Assembly: GCA_051599415.1 (NCBI GenBank)
Contig: AP039693.1
Span: 186,001-250,000 of the forward strand
Origin: Savitreella phatthalungensis
Lineage: Eukaryota
DNA: 64,000 bases
Direction of reading: 5' to 3'
The translations under genes and the position numbers were made by a program. Each line of letters begins with the position of its first letter. The first letter of the stretch is position 1. The notes beneath the pieces were generated by a model. The model did not search any database. It was not told the DNA's origin and worked only from the letters and a program-made list of their open reading frames with translations. This document shows positions 52,828-64,000 of the stretch, in pieces.

Positions 52828-54666
52828 TCATGCAGCAGCAGAGATGAGGCATTGCGGAGCGACGACGGAAGACTCGGTGACCTCGGCCATCGCTCTCGCT
52901 GCTGCGCTACAGCGGCTACGCAATCGGTAGAGCTGCAGCTGAGCCATGCGCTCTTGCAGCGGCTTATCGACGTCGATTAAGGACGAAGAGCGTTGCTTGA
53001 AATCCAGCAAAGCCTCGTAATCCGTGACGCGTGGACAACCAACAAGTTCGAGTACCTTAAGTCTGGCTGCAGCGCGGACGAGTGGGACAACAGAGAAGTC
53101 GCTGACGCGCGGACATTGGTTCATTGAGATGCGAGAAATGCCGTGCAGGCGGTATCGTGCGATAGAAGCGACGCCCGTGTCTGAGACATTACATCCTGCT
53201 AGCCCGACAGTCTCGATCTGAGTGGACCGGCAGACGACATCGAGCGTCAAATCGGTGATACGCCCACCTCCATTCATTCGACCGACATTGAGATAGCGTA
53301 GCCCTGGACAGCTTGAGGCAATAGCGGTAACTCCGACGTCGCTCACGCGCTCACAAGCGCGAAGATCGAGGATCTCGAGTCGTGGACAGAGCTGGGCGAC
53401 GCGCGCAAGTAGATCGTCGTCAGCAAGTGCGCAGCCTGGTAGCGCCAGCTTGACCAGGGTACCACTTTGCAGGAGCGCCATCGGAGGAAGGAGTGTCGGG
53501 CAGACGTAGAGCTCCAATGAGTGAAGTCTTGGCTGCACGAGTGCCATGAGATGCTCGTCCGTGGCCGCAGTGACTTTGTGAAGCAGGAGATCGCGGCACA
53601 GGCCGTCGCGTGCCGCTGGCGATGTGCAATACGATCCCAGCTTCTCCACGCTCTCAAACTCGATCCGCCTGGAGATCACGCGTCGTGCGGCATCATGCCA
53701 CAACCACGAAACATGCATACAGCTGTACACAGTACCTTTTGCGGTACTCTCTGTCTTAGCCCGTGACGCGGTATCCACGCTCGTTTCGTCGTTCTTCATG
53801 CTACTCGCCTGAGCACGTCGTCGCGCGTTGACGGACTGTGTAGCACAGTGCATCGCATCGAGGTGAGAGATGATGCATTCGACAACCTCTGGCAGCGATA
53901 ATGCCTGATCGCAAGCAGCTGTATTGAAAGCCCTCAAGGGCTGCGTGGACGTGATGACTTCATCCACTTGAATAGCCTGCCGGGAGCATATGCTGGAAGA
54001 AGAATCTCGAAAGCTCAGGCGCGCTGGAGAGATAGGTGACCAAGGTCGACGGATACTTGGTCCCACGATGCACGGCTCACCCGACACCTCCATGGCTGCG
54101 GGTCGGGTGCGATCCCATTGCAGCTTGAAGGCTGGCTTTTTCGCCTCACGTTGCCAGGGAGAGAGCGCTGCATGATCTGTTAAGCTTACGAGACAAGCAT
54201 CAGGCGCTCCCATCGCGCTCACGTCGGACTGTTTCCGCTTGCTGGGCAATGTGCAGCGTTTTAGACCTGCGACAATGGTATTGACGATTGATGAAGGTGA
54301 GGCGGGGTCATCTCGAATCACTCGGGGATAGCCGTGTGACAGAGGTAGCGGTGTCCTCGCAGGAGGATCTCGCGATAAAGCAGAAGACGACTTTGGACGC
54401 TGGACGAATCGCGGTCCTGAAATAGTCTGTGTCTGCGTCCCTGCCGGCGTCGTCAATGATGGAGCCGTCCACGGTCTGCATGATAACACTTGCTCGCCGG
54501 ATGAGGATCGGGGGCCCGAAGTCTGTCCAGCCCGCTCAGAATGTGCTCCCAAGTCATAAAGTCGCGTATTAACGATGAAGTCCGTGTCTCTTTGGCAAAC
54601 TTTACTGCTGTTCTCTGGTGCGATAAAATTAAGCATTTCGTTGCCTAAGTGCGCCTTACCTGCCAT
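52828..54666 (-). CDS. F-box/LRR protein, Amn1-like
   Basis: ALSLPEVVECII F-box, CMHVSWLW, LELYVCP, LALPGC, LDLRACERVSD-G, LNVGR, TVGLAGC. Confidence 0.8.
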   Translation of the reverse strand: MAGKAHLGNEMLNFIAPENSSKVCQRDTDFIVNTRLYDLGAHSERAGQTSGPRSSSGEQVLSCRPWTAPSLTTPAGTQTQTISGPRFVQRPKSSSALSRDPPARTPLPLSHGYPRVIRDDPASPSSIVNTIVAGLKRCTLPSKRKQSDVSAMGAPDACLVSLTDHAALSPWQREAKKPAFKLQWDRTRPAAMEVSGEPCIVGPSIRRPWSPISPARLSFRDSSSSICSRQAIQVDEVITSTQPLRAFNTAACDQALSLPEVVECIISHLDAMHCATQSVNARRRAQASSMKNDETSVDTASRAKTESTAKGTVYSCMHVSWLWHDAARRVISRRIEFESVEKLGSYCTSPAARDGLCRDLLLHKVTAATDEHLMALVQPRLHSLELYVCPTLLPPMALLQSGTLVKLALPGCALADDDLLARVAQLCPRLEILDLRACERVSDVGVTAIASSCPGLRYLNVGRMNGGGRITDLTLDVVCRSTQIETVGLAGCNVSDTGVASIARYRLHGISRISMNQCPRVSDFSVVPLVRAAARLKVLELVGCPRVTDYEALLDFKQRSSSLIDVDKPLQERMAQLQLYRLRSRCSAAARAMAEVTESSVVAPQCLISAAA

Positions 54667-55712
54667 AGCTTCCTGATTGGTTTTTTCAATCCGAAGCAGG
54701 TGCGTCCAAAAGTCTGGCTTCCTTTGAAGGAGCGCGCTTGAGCCAAGAGAGGCAAGAGAGATAGAGAGTTGCGATGGCTGCCTGACGCCGTATACGAGGG
54801 GACAATTTTCCTTGCGTGTGACAGGTTAGCAAGAGGTCACGCTCAAGTTTTTTATGCCTTGACGAGGGAGATGTGTGTCCTGGATGTAATGAAATGTTCG
54901 TCTTGCGCATGCGCGCGACGTCACGTCTTTAAGCATCGCTACAGAAGTCAGCTACCACGATGATGCGTTTGCGTGCGCAATCACCTTTGCCTGTCCCATC
55001 GCCTGTCTGAAGCAGCCTCGCAAGACGGGCTGGCACCAAAGTGAAACCTCATTCGGTCTCTGCTTGAGCAATGGAATGCCTGAATAGAAAGGCCTGACAC
55101 AACGGGGACTTTCAAAAGCAACCGAGACAAATCGAGGCGCCGTTGTGTCTCTCCTGGTAGACTGGCCGCAGATTTAATCTGACATCTGTTCCATGTCGCT
55201 TGAAGACACGCGAAGCGCAGATCAGAGACCGTGCGAGACACTTTACGGTTGAGATGTCTCCTGGGGGTCAAATGGCTAGGACTTCAAGTCGCTATCAGAC
55301 CCGTCTCAGACTAGAACCGTGTCAGAATATCACAAATGCTCTCCGCTCTGCGGGGAGCGCCAAAGATCGCCAACCACTTCCAGTCACAGCCGAGCGCGTA
55401 TCTGCCTCAGAGAGCAAATTTCTAAGCATTTTAGAGTACCACGGCTACAAGCCATCTTGCCAGTTTTGGCCATAACTGGAAAAAGTGACTTGCCGCATCG
55501 GGAAAGAGTTTCACAGGAGTTTGAACCACCACAGTGGATATTCACAAACGAAATGTAGACGAGAAATTTCCTCCGAACATGATCATGTCGACTGATCGAT
55601 GTGGGCAGGGACGACGAGCATATTGATGGAATGATGAGAAAGGACTACGAAGAGACGAACTACGGGAATGTGGAAATTGTGAAAGGTTAGTAAAGAGATA
55701 GAAGCTCGATGC

Positions 55713-57206
55713 TCACAGTCCCTCGTGGATGGTCATGTCGACCAATTCACGCAATTCCTGAATCTCTGAGCGAATTCCAGAGGAGATTGCATCCGCGAAG
55801 TCGCGGAGCTCATCAATCCTCTCTGTCTTCTCAACGATCCACGGATTCGATTCGGAGTCAATGCCATTGTTAGCGAGGATGTTTGGTGTCCCTGCGGGCA
55901 GGTCGGCGAGCACGCCGACAGAGCCCAGCGAGATGAGCTTCTTCTTCAGCTTGAGAGGTGTGACAGGCGAGTCACCACCAAAAGCCGACGATGATGTTGG
56001 CTGGAGACCGAGCGCGTAAGTAAGCAGTCCACAAATGTGAGGAGATGCCATGGAGGTGCCGCTGATGGTGTTTGTGGCATATTTGGACCCAATCCAGGTC
56101 GACAGAATATTGAGACCAGGCGCGAAAATGTCCGTGCATTTACCGTGATTTGAGAAGTAAGCGCGCTCGTCCGCAAGAGACGATGCACCAACAGTCACCG
56201 CTTTCTCTGCTGCCGCTGGTGAGTAGTTGCAGGCATCTGCGTTGTCATTGCCGGCAGCGACCGCGAAGTGAATGCCCGAATCAACAGCTGCATTCACGAC
56301 GCGATCGAGCGCTGGGGACTTTCCGCCACCGAGTGACATGTTTGCAGTGGACCCCTTAAAAGGCTTCTTCTTGTTAGCGGCGTCCTTCTTAGCGGCCTTG
56401 TGAGCATCGGCTGCCCATTGCACACCAGCAACGACATCTGACATGCTGCCGGATCCGTTCGATCGAAGAACTTTGACGGCCACGACGTTGGCTTTCTTTG
56501 CCACGCCGTAACGCTTGCCGGCGACTGTACCTGCACAATGCGTGCCGTGTCCGTTGCCGTCAATATCCGCGTCGCCTTGTGGAATCGTTTTTCCCCATCT
56601 GGCACGACCCTCAAAATCTACGTGATCGACATTGATTCCGGTGTCAATGATGTATGCAGTGACGCCCTCTCCAGCGCTCGCATCATATTCGTATTTGTTG
56701 AAGGTGCTGAACCCGAGAGTCTTCTTATGCGATAGACGCGCCAGACCCCAGGGAGCATTCTTTTCGAGCTCGCTTTCCTGCGAGTCGTTGCGCTTCACAG
56801 GAGCAAGAGCATGCACGACGGAGTCCCGCTCAATGAAGTCGACGTCAGGTGACTTGCGGAGTTCGGCTACGACTTCGTCAGTGAAAGCACCAGAGTAGCC
56901 CGCAAAACCAACGAGGTCGGAATATACGTGCTTCAAACCAGTAATGACGTCCCAGTTGACGTGGAAGTCGGCGACACTCAAGTCGCGCTTCTCTAGACTG
57001 GACGCGTGAAGCGATTGCACCCATTGATGGTGCTCTGCGGCATCTGCATTGCGCACGTGATCCTTAAAAACAACGATGTAATGATGGTCGATTGTCTCAG
57101 CATCGTAGGCAGTGACGAGTGGCGCCTCGTCCACGGCTGCGTGCTTTGTCGATGCTGCTGCTGCTTTGAACAGCACGACAGCGATCAGGCTCGCTTGGAA
57201 TTTCAT
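55713..57206 (-). CDS. Vacuolar subtilisin-like serine protease (proteinase B/cerevisin, S8)
   Basis: Signal peptide, I9 propeptide YIVVFK, catalytic IDTG, HGTHCAG, SGTSMASPH. Confidence 0.96.
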   Translation of the reverse strand: MKFQASLIAVVLFKAAAASTKHAAVDEAPLVTAYDAETIDHHYIVVFKDHVRNADAAEHHQWVQSLHASSLEKRDLSVADFHVNWDVITGLKHVYSDLVGFAGYSGAFTDEVVAELRKSPDVDFIERDSVVHALAPVKRNDSQESELEKNAPWGLARLSHKKTLGFSTFNKYEYDASAGEGVTAYIIDTGINVDHVDFEGRARWGKTIPQGDADIDGNGHGTHCAGTVAGKRYGVAKKANVVAVKVLRSNGSGSMSDVVAGVQWAADAHKAAKKDAANKKKPFKGSTANMSLGGGKSPALDRVVNAAVDSGIHFAVAAGNDNADACNYSPAAAEKAVTVGASSLADERAYFSNHGKCTDIFAPGLNILSTWIGSKYATNTISGTSMASPHICGLLTYALGLQPTSSSAFGGDSPVTPLKLKKKLISLGSVGVLADLPAGTPNILANNGIDSESNPWIVEKTERIDELRDFADAISSGIRSEIQELRELVDMTIHEGL

Positions 57207-60200
57207 TTGTGAAAAACTGCGTAACTGCTCTTTCGGTTCTCAACAGGGCAATCTGAGTTCTACTCGTTCGTGGATCGTCTTTCTACGACGCGATGCGGGA
57301 CGAGTTGCGATGTGATGCGCGTGCTGGAGGCGCAATGCGACACAATGTCTGCGTCCGATAGGATGTGCGCGCGTGCGCCAGTGGTCGGTGTGTCTAAGTC
57401 GCAACGGTGTGTAGCTCCCCGCACACGCTCGTGGAACAACGTCACGAGAGATTGCGCGTCCAGAAGGCGCATGCGATTGCTGATCTGACGAGATATTCGA
57501 CACTGCTCAGATTGACTGATTGTGCAAACCGAAAACAGAATCAGATCTCGTGATCATTTGCAATATCTGGTGATTGTTTCCAATCTAAAGCTTGGCTCAG
57601 TCGATCTCAGTTGGGCTGGGAACCAGCACCCGAAGCCGTAGCTCGGAGTTGAGCGAACCAGAATGCACGCGAGTTGTGACTGAGTTAGGCATATGCAGAA
57701 CAACCGACTGATTTCTATCAGGATACATGCACTTGACAATCATTCCGTACAGCTAGGCGCTCACTTGTGTGCGGAACATATGCTCAGCAAGCAAATACGA
57801 GCTTACTGACTTCGCTCCGAGACTGCGTAGAAGCCTGAGCACATGATTTAGGCCGTCCTCGTGAGATGGCTCGCCCTTTCCTGCAGCCGCAGCATGCAAT
57901 AGATTTCTGAACGAGTCAATTGAAATTCCTGAGAACGACCCGCAGACATCAGCTTGTACAGCCATAGTCGACTTGATGCATCGCTGAGGGTACAAAATTG
58001 TGTGACTGATCCAAGATTGGTACAGACACGCTGTCGTAGTGGCTGGCGCATTCTCACTTGATGCCGTCGCGCATGCTTTCGATCAACAGTTCAGTCAAAA
58101 TCTGCCATGAAGTTAAATTTCGCGTGCTCTCAATGGTACTGTCGTATGCTCTTGAAAGAAGCTGACGCAGTGCCGATGCGCACGACGCAGGCGAGGCGAT
58201 TTGCTCATGGCATCTTAGACAATTCTAGTAACGAAACCCGCTTTGCGTTTAGCATCCATGGCACGCTGTTGACACCAGAATTTCATGTGTGCATCATTCT
58301 TGTCACGCTTCTCAATCGCTCATGGCGGAATTGCGCATATGTATAGACAAGATGTCGTGCAGACTGCTCATGCTTTCCGAAGTCGCGAAGTTGCGAAGTC
58401 GTGGGAAATCGACATTATCGCGAAGAAGGGCTACAAGGAACGCGAGCGCAGAGGACTGACATGGTCGCTGCGCATTTCATCACATTTCGACCAGCGAATC
58501 TCGAGAGCCCTCACGCGACGTATTTGTGCGCATCTCCTGGTCTGATCCTGCATATCGTGGACCACATTATCTGGCTGATACAGGAGAGCAATTTTGGCTC
58601 ATGTCGGCACAGCGTGCGATGTTGTACTGCGAGTGCATCAGCATCTGTCAGGCGTATGATCATTGGCCAGCATCGAGTTTCCTTTTTCGTGTGCTGGACA
58701 GCAGGCCGATGCTTAAGCGACTGAATCGGACTGCTGCGGCCGAGCACCAAAACTGTTGAAAAGCATACCGCATTGCGGACTTTGCCTAATTGCTGCGCGG
58801 TTCATCAGATCCATTCTAGGATTTCCGGAGGGTCTAGTGTTTCGTGTAAGATTGATGAAGAGTTGAATTTAGTGATTCGTATACGCCGAAAGGATTTATA
58901 TTTCGACAATGCAAGCCGTCACTAAAACATGGCAGCACTATGGCCCAAGCTGAGCGTCATAGGAGACTCACTACCAGCAGCCACTGATTCTTGGCATCAA
59001 GCTATCGTGCATTCAGAAGCTTTTTATCGTGCTTGGCCAACTGACCTGAAGGCATAGGCCGGAAAGACCCAAGGCGCATATTCGTCGGGGCCGCGTACGA
59101 GCTCGCCGTGGGGAAATATCCATGGGTTGAGGGGTGGAATGGTGGTGATATGATCGTCAGGGGAGAGCTTATCGCAACACCTTGATTGATACCCAGGCTG
59201 TGGCTTCGCGGCTCTAAGCTTTCGAATGTTCTAATTGGTGAACAATCTTGTGGCTGCATAAAGAGCCTCGACGTCATATGAAATTGTACAGCAGTACGCT
59301 CGTTTGGAATCAGAAACTTTGACTCCGGCCAGATATGTAAAACTTCCAAGCAAGCCAAACGAAGTCACAAAAAGATCCCCAACGAAGCACCACGAGTTCA
59401 TCTCAACATTGTGCGAGCGGCGATCCCGATACATGGGATGCGTTGTGTAGAGTGCACCCATATCATATGATTGTTCGTCACTGATAAGATGAAGGAAAGC
59501 AGTGTATGCAATGATATCTCGGAGCTTGACGTGGCCGACAGTGGACTAAAAAGAGGTCTGCTAGTGAAAGCATTACACGAATTTCGCTTCTGCCGAATAA
59601 TGACGGCTACATCAACATACCGAGCACAGAAAAGGGCCTTATGTACGAAGATTATGGAACGTGAATGATGACGAACGTTGAGCCGGACCCGGTTGCCGCT
59701 CCATCCGAACAAGGCGAGAATGGTCTGCTACTCGACCCAAACCGTTCTAGATAGATTGGAGCCAACGATTGGTTATCAAGCCCGACATAAATGACTTCAT
59801 TTTCCGCCCTGAGGGGCATTTTCAGGAGTTTTTCAGCAGAAAAGGACTAGATCGACGGGAGGTGGGATGCCGAAGCCTTTGAAGGTCTGTATTTACAAGA
59901 TTATTTTTCCTTGAAGACTTCGAAGTCCGTTCTGAAACACAATCATTCGCAAGCTGACGTGGTTCATAATTAAACGTGGTTGGAAGCCCCGTCCGACTAA
60001 GCTCCGCTACGGGGTCAAAAGCTGTTCGACTCAATCTGGACCAGGTCAAGCCTCCTAGGGCGTTTCACCATACCTTTTTTCAACTCTATTCTTGTATAGT
60101 GGCCTAGGCCTGTTGCAGATCGAAGCAATTGAACTTTATAGCGACCGCTCATCGATATAGCTCATCAATGTCCCAGAAACGCGGTTCGTCGTTTCCAATC

Positions 60201-60811
60201 TATTGCTTCTCGGAAATATTCCACCAACCCAAAGCAAGCCAATTCGTCGGTCAGTCGCTGGCCTTCACAAGACTGCGAATGCATGGCCCTCTGTTGCTTT
60301 TTACATAGCACGAGCAGGTGAAACTAGTCTCTCCCACCCAACGAGCAAATGACTCTTCGTCAGTAGAGTGAAGAGGTGAACTGGTCAGGAAAGTGAGGAA
60401 AGCGCAGGGCTGAAGGGCAAAAACGAGAAGACGAGAAAGAGAGTTAGAGATACAGCAGTAACCCTTGCAGAGAGCGCTGCGCTTTATTCGCCTTTTCCAA
60501 CACCGAGCTGGACACAAGCCGGGACAAACCCGTTGCAGGAACCCTAGCCTTCCCATCGCAACGCGCCCTCAAACTTACAGCTCCTTTCACGACCTCTATT
60601 GTCAATTGAAGGAGAAGGCACACACTTCGGTTTGCTCCTTCACTGTGCCACCTGGCGTCGAGCGCGGTAGGATCATCCTGTTCGGCTGAGGACCTGAGGG
60701 GTGCGTGCACGAAACCGCCGCTGCAACAGTCCATCTTACAAGCTGCGTCTGAGCGCGATAGATATTGCAGCTATAGGTTGGTGAGCTTGGAGAACAACGT
60801 TTCCTTGCAGG

Positions 60812-62983
60812 ATGCCATACTCGTCTCCGCTGCCCAATGGCCACAAATTCGTTGATTCCACCCGCGAAAGTGAGCTTGCTGATAGTGAACAGGATGATAC
60901 CCCCATCGCCTCTTTCACTAAATTGAAGCGCAATGCATCGTTGCGCTCCAAGTCAGTCCCAAGCATGAGATCACGTAAGTCGCGGAACAGCATAATAGCA
61001 AATGGTTCGAACAACTCGACGACTACCATGGTAGAATCGCAACGACAGGCTGGGCTTTCGAGCGCGACGGGCATTCGCTTCCAATCGGCTCCAATTCGAT
61101 CAGATTCGCTCAGTTCCAACAGCAGCGAGGAGCTCTTGATTGGCGATCAGAGACGTGGCCGTCTGCTCGACCGCACCACTGAATCACAACTTCACGAAGC
61201 TGTATCGAGCATTCACCAAGCCCGGTCGCTATCACCGGATGCGACTTACGACCGTGCTGGTGGTTCCCGCCGTGCGGGAGGCGATGGAACACTGAACACT
61301 CCTCATACGAGGAATAAGGACACTGCAAACGGCAGCAACTCCGAATCCGCCATTGATTCAAGCAACGACTTGAAGGATTTCGATTGCCCAGCACCACATA
61401 AGATGATTCGGAAGAAGAGCGGAGAGCTTGTTCGCTCGTCTTTGAAGATCCTGGGCAAGAATCGTCGACCGTCCAGTATGCCTGCCACTCCTAACGGCTC
61501 AAAGAACGTGCATTTTGACCGAAAGCTCGAGCATGTTCGACATTTCTTGTACACTGAGAAGCCTGCTGCTGTCAGCGCCACGACATCACCCACCCAGGAG
61601 TACGTGACTGACGACGAGTTTCCCTTTGAGGGACGGCGCCGAAATAACGGGACGCTCGGCAGTGGATCCAGCACACCCGAGGAATATGAGCTCAGCATCG
61701 AGCTGCCAAATTTTGTACCAGAGGCACAGCAGACGGACAACAATGGCGCGATCATCAAGGTCGAGACCGTCTACCTGTCGACAGACAAGAAAAGTCTGAT
61801 CGGTCGTGTAGCTGTTCGCAATCTATCGTTCGAGAAGCATGTTCGTGTGCGCTACACCATGGACTACTGGCGCACCACCTCCGAAAGTGGTGCAGAGTTC
61901 ACAAGTGACGTGCGGAAGAAACAGCGAGAGGATGGCTTCGATCGATTCTTGTTCAATATCAAGATCGATGACTTCACTGGCGTCACAGACAAAACGATGT
62001 TTTTCTGCGTCCGTTACGTCGTTGGTGGCCAGGAGTACTGGGATTCCAATGGAGGCATGAACTTCCGCGTCGAGTTTCACCAACGCGCAAAAATCCGTCG
62101 TTCCAGTGTTCAGCGCCGTGGAAGCGATCCGCCCGCTAGACGTGCTTTGCTAACACTTGACGATGATGAGGCTTTGCGCGCTGAGGTAAGCCAGAAGCAT
62201 TCTCATCAGAGAAATGGCTCCGATCGCTCACTCCTCTTCAGCGACGTCTCTGAATCGCGTCCCGAAAGAGCTGCTGCGCTAGATGACGGTTCAGAAAAGC
62301 CTGTGGTCATCAAACGGGGGAGACGTCTGCAATCTGGGAGCGATTCATTTTCGAATCGCTACGACTTTGGGGCATCCCTCTCGGCTGCAATCGCTGCGGC
62401 TAACTCGCTGCTGCAAGGCAGTCATGATGAGATTCAGCCAAACCCGCGAAAAGCTTACAAGCCGCCGGCGTACAACCCATACTTTGGCGACGCGTCAGCT
62501 CGATCGAGCGGAGACATGTCACCACCTCCTGCGCTTGCGCCGTTCATCGACTCGCCTAGCAGTGCCACGCCGCTCTCTTCGGGAGATGCCTCGCCGATCC
62601 CTGGTATGAGCAATGGCCGGCCGGACGTGACAAAGAGCGACGCGTACCAGACTTTGCTCAACAACTACTGTTTCTTTGGGAGTGCAAGACCGACCAGCAA
62701 CGCCAACCACCTCAATGCGGCTGGAATCGCTGCACAGCAGCGTCAGTACATGTATAGCAGCAGCCGAGCTGATGCATCGATCACAAACAAGAACACTGGC
62801 GCAGTTTATGATGCGGATCAGGACGACAGTCAAAACGTCGCTTCTGCCGTGTCAATAGTCAAGCGCTCAGACCAGACACAAAAGGTGTCCGAGAATGCAT
62901 CACCATCACTCTGTGGCCTCTCATCCCTCAATGACTCGCCAGAGATGCACTCGGGCTCGACGACGCCAGTCATTCGCATTTGA
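60812..62983 (+). CDS. PP1 glycogen-targeting regulatory subunit with CBM21 (Gac1/Pig1-like)
   Basis: RKKSGELVRSSL, RVxF motif KNVHF, CBM21 G-V-VRNLSFEK-V-VRYT-D-W, EYWDSNGGMNF. Confidence 0.9.
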   Translation: MPYSSPLPNGHKFVDSTRESELADSEQDDTPIASFTKLKRNASLRSKSVPSMRSRKSRNSIIANGSNNSTTTMVESQRQAGLSSATGIRFQSAPIRSDSLSSNSSEELLIGDQRRGRLLDRTTESQLHEAVSSIHQARSLSPDATYDRAGGSRRAGGDGTLNTPHTRNKDTANGSNSESAIDSSNDLKDFDCPAPHKMIRKKSGELVRSSLKILGKNRRPSSMPATPNGSKNVHFDRKLEHVRHFLYTEKPAAVSATTSPTQEYVTDDEFPFEGRRRNNGTLGSGSSTPEEYELSIELPNFVPEAQQTDNNGAIIKVETVYLSTDKKSLIGRVAVRNLSFEKHVRVRYTMDYWRTTSESGAEFTSDVRKKQREDGFDRFLFNIKIDDFTGVTDKTMFFCVRYVVGGQEYWDSNGGMNFRVEFHQRAKIRRSSVQRRGSDPPARRALLTLDDDEALRAEVSQKHSHQRNGSDRSLLFSDVSESRPERAAALDDGSEKPVVIKRGRRLQSGSDSFSNRYDFGASLSAAIAAANSLLQGSHDEIQPNPRKAYKPPAYNPYFGDASARSSGDMSPPPALAPFIDSPSSATPLSSGDASPIPGMSNGRPDVTKSDAYQTLLNNYCFFGSARPTSNANHLNAAGIAAQQRQYMYSSSRADASITNKNTGAVYDADQDDSQNVASAVSIVKRSDQTQKVSENASPSLCGLSSLNDSPEMHSGSTTPVIRI

Positions 62984-63576
62984 TCTCCAAATTTTCTTTC
63001 CCATGGAACATTTCACACGTTTCCACCTCTCCACACACGATGAGCCCCGCAGGCGCGTGATGCTCCCAGCGTCCTGCGAGTGTGCTGAATGAGAGGCCCA
63101 TAACGATCTACCGGCCGGCGAGTATGAGGGTATGTTCGTGCCATTCAATGTGGCTGCGGCTGCTCCCTTGTATCGTTCCATATACCGGACGATAACCGCT
63201 CAAACTGCACAATAGAGTTTTCAATTCTTCTACTCTCTCTGGCGCAAGGCCTTGTCGCCACGAGAACTCGCGTCAATTCATATCACGACTTTTCAATCCA
63301 AGGCCGTATAGGCAGAAGCCTTATCAATGCTTCGCTCATTAAATCTCTTGGAGCACAAGCTCAGTCACGGACGTAGCTTGCCCTATCTTCTAGACTTCAC
63401 TCAAACTTCATCTTTCCTATCGAGATACGCGAGACTCCCCGAAGATTGCCGATTCGTGGTCTGTACGTAAAAAGATTTCGCTCGTGGATCGCACTATCCT
63501 GCCGTCCTGAGGATCGCGGCTTTCTCATTCCGACGTTCATCAATACAGCCGAGACCCGCTGACAGGCATTCAAATG

Positions 63577-64000
63577 CTAATCCACATCGTCAACGGCACT
63601 CGGATGCACAGGCGTCGCCGGAGTCGTGTGATGGGGTTGTCCTTCAATATGCTGCTCTCCAGACACGGGAGCAAATTGTTTCTCCTTGGCAGCGGTCGAC
63701 TGCGCGTAGCGGTCGGGGAGAACAAAGTCCGGCTTTGTTGCGTCGAGAATTTCCTCCTCGATGCTGAGCATGCCTCCTGCGGACAGCGCCTCAACTACCT
63801 GCTCAGCCGCACCGACGGTCATAGAGGCCAGCACGGTGTTGATCGCTTCTAGCGATTGCGTGGCGACTGCTGCCTGCATCTCCTCGGGTAGCCTTTCATA
63901 AATAATCCTGCATTCTTGGATGGCTGGATCACTACTATCACTGACCGGCACGTTGATCGCGATCTTCGTGCCAGGATCTACCGCATGCAATTGTATCTGC
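63577..64000 (-). CDS. CDC37: Hsp90 co-chaperone Cdc37, C-terminal part (gene runs off the right edge)
   Basis: IYERLPEEMQAA..SLEAINTVLASM...AEQVVE..GGMLSIEEEILDAT; acidic C-terminus DDVD. Confidence 0.8.
   Translation of the reverse strand, partial: QIQLHAVDPGTKIAINVPVSDSSDPAIQECRIIYERLPEEMQAAVATQSLEAINTVLASMTVGAAEQVVEALSAGGMLSIEEEILDATKPDFVLPDRYAQSTAAKEKQFAPVSGEQHIEGQPHHTTPATPVHPSAVDDVD

Noticed and set aside
1..64000. Stop-codon readthrough PTS1 extensions in other genes
   Set aside because: Checked by eye downstream of the YTH, epsin, NDUFV1, GPAT, Sho1, Pma1 and proteinase B stops; none has a TGA-CTA context or an in-frame SKL-type ending. The remaining genes were not checked.

Overview
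Gene-dense, intron-poor eukaryotic (fungal, ascomycete) chromosomal segment with about 28 protein-coding genes and short (50-125 nt) GT-AG introns. The gene content resembles an early-diverging (Taphrinomycotina-like) yeast that retains complex I, Sho1 and a CBM21 PP1 subunit; this taxon call is inference only. Genes in order: YTH m6A-reader, cytochrome P450, Pet191/COA5, epsin, complex I 51-kDa subunit, Mn-SOD, Dsc2-like, CRY-DASH, Hop1, glycerol-3-P acyltransferase, mitochondrial S19, Rpp20/Pop7, F-box/WD40, orphan 7TM protein, Sho1, ABCB/MDR transporter, Cdc26, EMC1, Pin2-like, Trm44, Pma1, alpha/beta hydrolase, acyl-CoA thioesterase, Srp40, Amn1-like, proteinase B, CBM21 PP1 subunit, and the Cdc37 3' end. 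I recognised no transposon, tRNA, rRNA or CRISPR. The most striking observation is in the Mn-SOD gene: a hidden 3' intron has a 5' donor that overlaps the stop codon, and splicing from it converts the C-terminus to ...ADTSKSKL*, a canonical peroxisomal PTS1. A second in-frame ATG could also drop most of the mitochondrial presequence. One gene may therefore supply mitochondrial, cytosolic and peroxisomal SOD.
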